DNA of 64,000 nucleotides from Centroscyllium fabricii (lineage: Eukaryota). The stretch lies in contig JBNRSN020000006.1 of assembly GCA_051313645.2 (NCBI GenBank), forward strand, positions 48,794,001 through 48,858,000, in the 5' to 3' direction. Positions 57,449-64,000 of the stretch are shown here, piece after piece. The notes below the pieces were generated by a model. That model was given only the letters and a program-made list of their open reading frames with translations, was not told the DNA's origin and ran no database searches. Made by a program: the position numbers and the translations under genes. Each line of letters starts with the position of its first letter. Position 1 is the stretch's first letter.

Positions 57449-60047
57449 AATCATAGAATCATAGAAGATAGGAGCAGGAGTAGGCCATTCAGCCCTTCGA
57501 GCCTGCTCCGCCATTCGATGAGATCATGGCTGATCTTTAGCAAGCTAGTACCCCGTCCCCGCCTTTTCTCCATAACCTTTAATCCCTTTAGCTTGAAGAA
57601 ATATATCCAATTCCCTCTTGAATATGTTTAATGAACTGGCCTCCACCGCCCTCTGTGGCAGGGAATTCCACAGGCCCACCACTCTCTGAGTGAAGAAATT
57701 CTTCCTCATGTCTGTCCTAAATGGTTTACCCCTTATCCTTAGACTGTGGCCCCTGGTTCTGGACTCACCCGCCATTGGAAACATTCTCTCTGAATCTAAC
57801 CTGTCCAGACCTTTCAGAATTTTATACGTCTCAATGAGATCGCCTCTCAATCTTCTAAACTCCAACGAGTACAAGCCCAGACTACACAATCTCTCCTCAT
57901 AGGTCATTCCTGCCATTCCAGGAATCAGCCTGGTGAAACGCCGCTGCACTCCTTCCATGGCAAGAACATCCTTCCTCAGGCGAGGCGACCAAAACTGTAC
58001 ACAATACTCGAGGTGTGGTCTCACCAGTGCCTTGTACAGCTGCAGTAAGGTATCCTTGTTCCGATACTCGAACCCCCTTGATATGAAGGCCAACATACCA
58101 TTTGCCTTCCTAACCGCCTGCTGCACCTGCATGCTCGCCTTCAGCGACTGGTGCACAAGAACACCCAGGTCTCTCTGCACCTCCCCATCTCCCAATCTAT
58201 TGCCATTTAAGTAGTAATCTGCCCTCCTGTTTTTGCCCCCAAAGTGGATAACCTCACATTTATCCACATTGTAGTGCATCTGCCATCTATCTGCCCAGTC
58301 CCCCAACTTATCCAAATCACCCTGTAACTTCCTGACACCCTCTTCTGAGCCTGCCCCCCCTCCTAGTTTGGTGTCGTCCGCGAATTTGGAGATATTACAT
58401 TCAATTCCCTGATCCAGATCATTAATATATATTGTAAACAGCTGAGGTCCCAGGACAGACCCCCTGCGGTACTCCACTAGTCACCGGCTGCCACCCAGAA
58501 AACGAGCCGTTAATTCCAACTCTCTGTTTTCTGTCTGCCAACCAGTTCTCTATCCACATCAAAACTTTGCCCCCAATCCCATGAGCCTTAATTTTACATG
58601 CTAATCTTTTATGTGGAACCTTATCGAAAGCTTTCTGGAAGTCAAGGTACACCACATCTACTGGCTCTCCCCCATCTATTTTCCGAGTTACTTCCTCAAA
58701 GAATTCTAATAGATTAGTTAAACATGATTTACCTTTTGTAAACCCATGTTGACTCTGTCCGATCTCATCCCTACTTGTCAAATGCTCCGAGATTACATCC
58801 TTGATGATGGACTCGAGCATTTTGCCCACTACTGATGTAAGGCTTACTGGTCTATAATTCCTTGCTTTCTCTCTGCCCCCCTTTTTAAATAGTGGAGTAA
58901 CATTAGCCACCCTCCAATCCGTGGGTACTGATCCAGAGTCTATTGAGTTCTGGAAAATGATCCTTAATGCACCCTCTATTTCCGGGGCTACCTCTTTAAG
59001 TACCCTAGGATGTAGATTATCAGGCCCTGGGGATTTGTCGGCCTTCAATCCCTTCAACTTCCCCAAAACCATCTCCCTAGAAATACAGATATCTGTCAGC
59101 TCCTCCCTTGCATTGGACCCTATGTTCGCTGCTATCCCTGGGAGGTTGCTTGTGTCCTCCTTTGTGAAGACAGTACCAAAATATGAATTTAGTTGGTCTG
59201 CCATTTCTTTATTCCCCATTATATATTCCCCTGAATCGGACTGCAAGGGACCGACTTGGGATTTTACCAATCTTTTCCTCTTGATGTACCTATAAAAGCT
59301 TTTGCAGTCAGTTTTTATGTTTGCCGCAAGCTTCCCTTCATAATCTATCTTCCCCCTCTTGATTAATCTCTTTGTCTTCCTTTGCTGTATCCTGAACTGC
59401 TCCCAATCTTCTGGCCTAGTACTTTTTTTGGCCAATTGATATGCCCATTTTTTGGATTTAATGTTGTCCCTTATTTCCCTTGTTATCCACGGTTGAGTCA
59501 CCTTTCTAGGTTTATTCTTATGCCAAACCGGTATGAACGAGTTCTGTATTTCTTCCATCCTATACTTGAATGCTTGCCATTGTCTATCCACATTCAATCC
59601 CCCCAGGAACACTGCCCAACCTATCTTGCTTAATTCCCTTCTCATACCTTCATAATTCCCTTTATTTAAATTCAGGACCTTAGTCTCCGAGTTGATCTTT
59701 TCACTTTCCATCTCAACTGAGAATTCGATCATATTATGATCGCTCCGACCCAAGGGGCCTCATACAACGAGATTGTTAATTAGTCCCTTCTCATTGCACA
59801 ATACCCAGTCTAAGATGGCCTGATCCCGAGTTGGTTCCTCGACATATTGGTCCAGATACCCATCCCGTAGACATTCTAGGAATTCCTCCTCCTCAGTATT
59901 TTTACTAACTTGGCTAGTCCAATCAATATGTAGATTAAAGTCGCCCATGACGACAGCTGTGCCCTTATTGCAAGCTTCTCTAATTTCCCTTTTTATGCCG
60001 TCCCCCACCTCCATATTACTATTTGGAGGCCTGTATATAACTCCCTG
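57449..60047 (-). mobile_element. CR1 LINE B (same family as 6016-16127), 5'-truncated
   Basis: ORFs 58422-59753 and 57545-58477, tail (ttctatga)n, flanked by TACATAG at 57442-48 and 60048-54. Confidence 0.9.
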
Positions 60048-62551
60048 TACATAGTCTCCTTTATTCAAGCTTAGCACGCTTGTTTGAGATCCAACCTTCT
60101 CACCCTCTAATTGAATATGGAATTCAACCATGTTATGGTCACTCATTCCAAGGGGATCCTTTACTAGGACATTTTTAATTAATCCTGTCTCGTTACACAG
60201 GACCAGATCTAAGGTTGCTTGCCCCTTGGTCGGTTCAGCTATGTACGGTTCAAAAAACCCATCCCTAATACACTCAATGAACTCCTCCTCATGGCAGCCC
60301 TGCCCAATTTAATTTGTCCAATTTATATGATAGTTAAAATCCCCCATAATTATATATCCCCCATAATTATAGATTGAATCAGCTTTTCATATTCCAAGTT
60401 TTCCTATGTTAGGATCAAGCTCAGTTGTCATGCTGTCCATGGTTGAATAGCTTCCCAATGCTCACAGTCTAGGGTGACATATGAACAATGTCCCCATGAG
60501 AGTATCCAGAACCATGGAATCATATTCTACCCTTCAGGAGAGGAGGTGAGAAAATTATATAAACTGGTCAGATGAAATATTTAAAAACATCCAGATTCAA
60601 ATTTGCTGGTCACACCACAGAATGCAGGAGACAGAATTTTCAATTTAATTATGCGAATATTAAGATTTTGTATGACCTGTTGCTGAACAAAATACTTATT
60701 AACTGATGCAAGTCTACCAAAGGCCGACTCTGTTATGGATGTGTCAGTCTGCATTCAATGGTTTAGCTATTAAAGAAATACAAACCCGACAATATTTCCT
60801 TGACATAATTATATCCCAATAAGTTCATGTAACTGCTATTAAACTTTGCTTTGAATGAAACCAACACCCTCATAAAGCTTTTCCGCTTGCAGCTAATGAC
60901 TTTATCGCTTTGCGGTTTAGCTTTCATTGATAGGATACATACCTTTGTACTTGAACCAATAAAGAATACACTACTGTTATTTTACATCTGTAAGTCACAC
61001 CCATGAGTGCAGATTACAGGCTTCCAATCAAAATGCAAACAATTTCAACTGCTTATCGCCTCATTGACCCTAACAGAGGCTATAAGTGAACTGTTGCTTC
61101 AAGCTTTTCCAAACCTTGTCAACTTTAGAAAAATTCTATTCAGAAATGAACATGTTTTTACTAGTATCATTCTATTGCCCATGTGCCTATGTTTCCATAA
61201 CTGGGGGGATACTGTGCTTGTGACAATCACTCCTGGCTTTGGAATTGTCCTCTGAGTGGTTGGCAAAATGAGGCATGGAGACATCCAATCCTAAGTGTAA
61301 AGGCGCTACAGTGTAAGAGCCCTCCCCAACTATGTACTTGAATGAAAACTTGTCCCAGTTGAAAGTTAGTGCACGTCCACCTAGCACAGCCCATTGGGCA
61401 TTTGGTCCTGTTCGAGATGTGGACCTCTGGCCTCTACAGAGCCTTAATATGTCAGTGCTTCTCTCAGTTGGAGTCCATTACTCCGACATAAGTGTCAATT
61501 AAGTCCACCCTTGTTCACTAGCTCAACTTCAACGGCCATCTTCTGTTACAGCTAGCTTCTTGGTATAGCTATTCCTGGCCTCTGAGCTCGGCAGTCCTGC
61601 TCTGTCAGTGATTTAACACCAGAGGCTGGTGCTCAATTTAGTCAGTGTTTGATCAGCCTGAAGTGATGCATGACACTTGATACTGGAGCCTGCGAGTGCA
61701 GAACCTTGATGGATTGTGCTCCAGCTGCTTCACTCTGTCCACAGGCTTCAGTTTGTGCTGGTAATGAAGAGTGTAATTTATGACTGGGTGTTGTTGTGGG
61801 GGGGGGGTTACAATTGCTTCAACAATAGGCAGCAGCTGTCTTAGAAGTCGAGCTATATATACGTCAGTGAAATTATTTCAAGACGATCAATAGTATTACT
61901 ACATAATAGCAACAAAAACAAAACCCAAATCGGCTAAAATTAAATGGCATGTTTAGTCTATATTGAGATTGTGTTTAGTAAAGTGGCTAATTCTGTGCCG
62001 AGTGCTCTGGATGGGTGAATGAATGCGATGAGGTTTGAGTAAGGCAATATTTATCTTCTTCAGGACAGAATTCTTATTTTTCCTCCCCGGAATTGCTTCT
62101 TTTGATTGATAGCTTGCCATCATTTCAGACACATTCGGCAAAGCTGATTGCTGAGCACCATCCAAGAATAAAAGGTTGCATCCTCTTTCTGTAGCTTCAA
62201 GGGTTTCTCAAGTAGAAATTCTCTCTACACCAATCCGTGGATTTGAAGTTTGTCCTTTTCAATGTCTTCCACACATTTATTGTTTAAGTGCCGGGTTCAT
62301 TTAGTTTAAGGGCAAAACAGCTTTCATGCTGTAGCATTCTTCATAACAGCCAATTTAGAATTGCATTGGTGGAGGCCTGGGAGCACGGTGTCTGCCCACC
62401 AGGGATGGTACATGAAAAGAAGGCACTTTATCACATCCTTAGAAATAAACATGGCAGGCAGCCACTTTCTGCACAGTAAGATCCCAAAACAGCAGTGAGA
62501 TGATTGACATGTTTTTGGTGGTGATGGTCAAGGGAGGAATAATGACCAAAA

Positions 62552-62990
62552 GAAAGACTTGCATTTATAAAGTTCTTTTCACAACCACCGGATGTCCCAA
62601 AACACTTTACAGCCAATGAAGTACTTTTTGAAGTGTAGTCACTGTTGTAATGTGGGAAACGCAGCAGCCAATTTGCGAACAGCAAGCTCCCACAAACAGC
62701 AATGAGTTAATGACCAGATAATCTGTTGATAAATATTGGCCAGGACACCAGGGATAACTCCCCTGTTCTTCTTCGAAATAGTGCCAGAGGATCTTTTACG
62801 TGCACCTGAGGCGCCAAACAGGGCCTTGGTTCAATATCTCATCTGAAAGACGGCACCTCCAACAGTGCAGCACTCCCTCAGTACTGCACTGGAGTGTCAG
62901 CCTAGGCTTTTGTGCTCAAGTCTCTGGAGAGAAACTTGGACCCACAACCTTCTGAGGCGAGAGGGTTACCCACTGAGCCACGGCTGACAA
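62552..62990 (-). mobile_element. DeuSINE (SacSINE1-like), near complete
   Basis: Reverse complement of the 4482-4900 family, including the head (tgtcagccgtggctcagtgg). Confidence 0.85.
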
Positions 62991-63134
62991 CCAGAACAAC
63001 AGATTTTCTTACTCTTCTTTGAATTGTACCTTGGGCTTCTTTACATCCACCTGGAACCACTGGAACAGGCAAATGGGACTTTGCTTAAACTTTGCCAACA
63101 GACAGAATAAATGTACGTTGTCGTTAATGACCCG

Positions 63135-63227
63135 GAATTTCCTTGGAGCTGCTCCCGTTCTGCCGCAATAGCTTTGCCGGAAGTGCGGCGGAAACCCTGC
63201 TCCCGGACAGCTCTGAGGAAATTCTCA
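63135..63227. mobile_element. Tiny palindromic MITE-like element
   Basis: gaatttccttggagctg ... cagctctgaggaaattc inverted ends. Confidence 0.5.
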
Positions 63228-63359
63228 GCCATTGCCTTCCAGTTTGTGAAGTATGAAGTATCTTTTGGTACGGGAGGTAGAGCTGGGCGAGGTGCCCCAG
63301 AGGTCAAAGTTGGGATCCCTACTGCTTCAACATTTATATTGATGGCATAGGTACAGAAA

Positions 63360-63580
63360 CTCGAAGCAAACTGGTCAAATTTGCAGGCGATACCAAACCA
63401 AGAGGGGCAGTTGAATCCAAGTGTACAGATTGGGAACTACACAAAATATATAAGTAGGCAAAACTTGGCAGATGACATTGAATATGAGTAAGTCTCATGT
63501 ATTGCAGATGGGAATAATAAAACGGTTAAACACGTGCTTCATGAGTGGTGTTGAAATGGCTAAGAGTGAAGTTCAAGAAG
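63360..63580 (+). mobile_element. Ancient CR1 RT fragment
   Basis: aaactggtcaaatttgcaggcgataccaaac (KLVKFA.DTK) and tggcagatg. Confidence 0.5.
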
Positions 63581-64000
63581 AAGTTGTAATCATATAGCTC
63601 CTTATCACATCTTTGACAATGCCCCCAAATCATTCACCTCCGGGTCCTGTAGGGGTTCTACTAACGTCCCTCCTTAACCTCTTTGGGAGATCAGCACAGC
63701 CCCTAACGAAACATCGCAAATAGCTGAAAATAGCCATTAACTTCGTATTTTTGAGAGTTCCACCGATCGGAGCACCCACAGAAATATAAGGCCACTATTA
63801 ATTTATTTTCAAGTGCAGTTGGCGTTGCTATGTACTTGAAAGAGATTTAAGTGTTTTAAGTACTCAACATGTCCAATCTGACCGAAACAGTAAAGTACAA
63901 ATCAGAGGAAGTCATTAAGAAATTTTTATCAGAATGTTATCAGACCACACCTTGAGTACTATGTCTAGCTCTCGTCACCAAGACACAAGAAAACATTCAA

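Larger units (their letters stand above)
54517..60350 (-). mobile_element. CR1 LINE A (5'-truncated within the endonuclease) with a nested MITE and a nested CR1 B
   Basis: ORF pieces 54745-55089, 55105-55566, 55591-56271, 56956-57426. Resumes at 60055 (SDHNMVEF). Confidence 0.88.

Noticed and set aside
59760-60146. 128-aa ORF with permuted endonuclease motifs
   Set aside because: It spans the junction between CR1 A and the nested CR1 B at 60047/60048.

Overview
This is vertebrate nuclear DNA, almost certainly from a cartilaginous fish (shark/ray type), judged from HE1-type V-SINEs, SacSINE1-like DeuSINEs and shark-type CR1s. I found no supportable host gene exon. The window is a dense, deeply nested field of transposons. 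It holds three near-full-length Ty3/Gypsy LTR retrotransposons with 5-bp target-site duplications (TSDs), four solo LTRs, one full-length CR1 LINE and several truncated CR1, L2 and Rex1 pieces. It also holds two PIF/Harbinger elements (one with transposase plus Myb/SANT gene, one Myb-only), many Harbinger- and Tigger-type MITEs, SINEs, and a TG minisatellite spanning an assembly gap. Top observation: two related Gypsy elements (22192-26810, 44862-49715) have no tRNA primer-binding site. The PBS position instead holds a perfect 13-14 nt reverse complement of the element's own LTR poly(A)-signal segment, with compensatory changes between the two elements, suggesting tRNA-independent self-priming. 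Family and clade names come from motif recognition only, not database searches.
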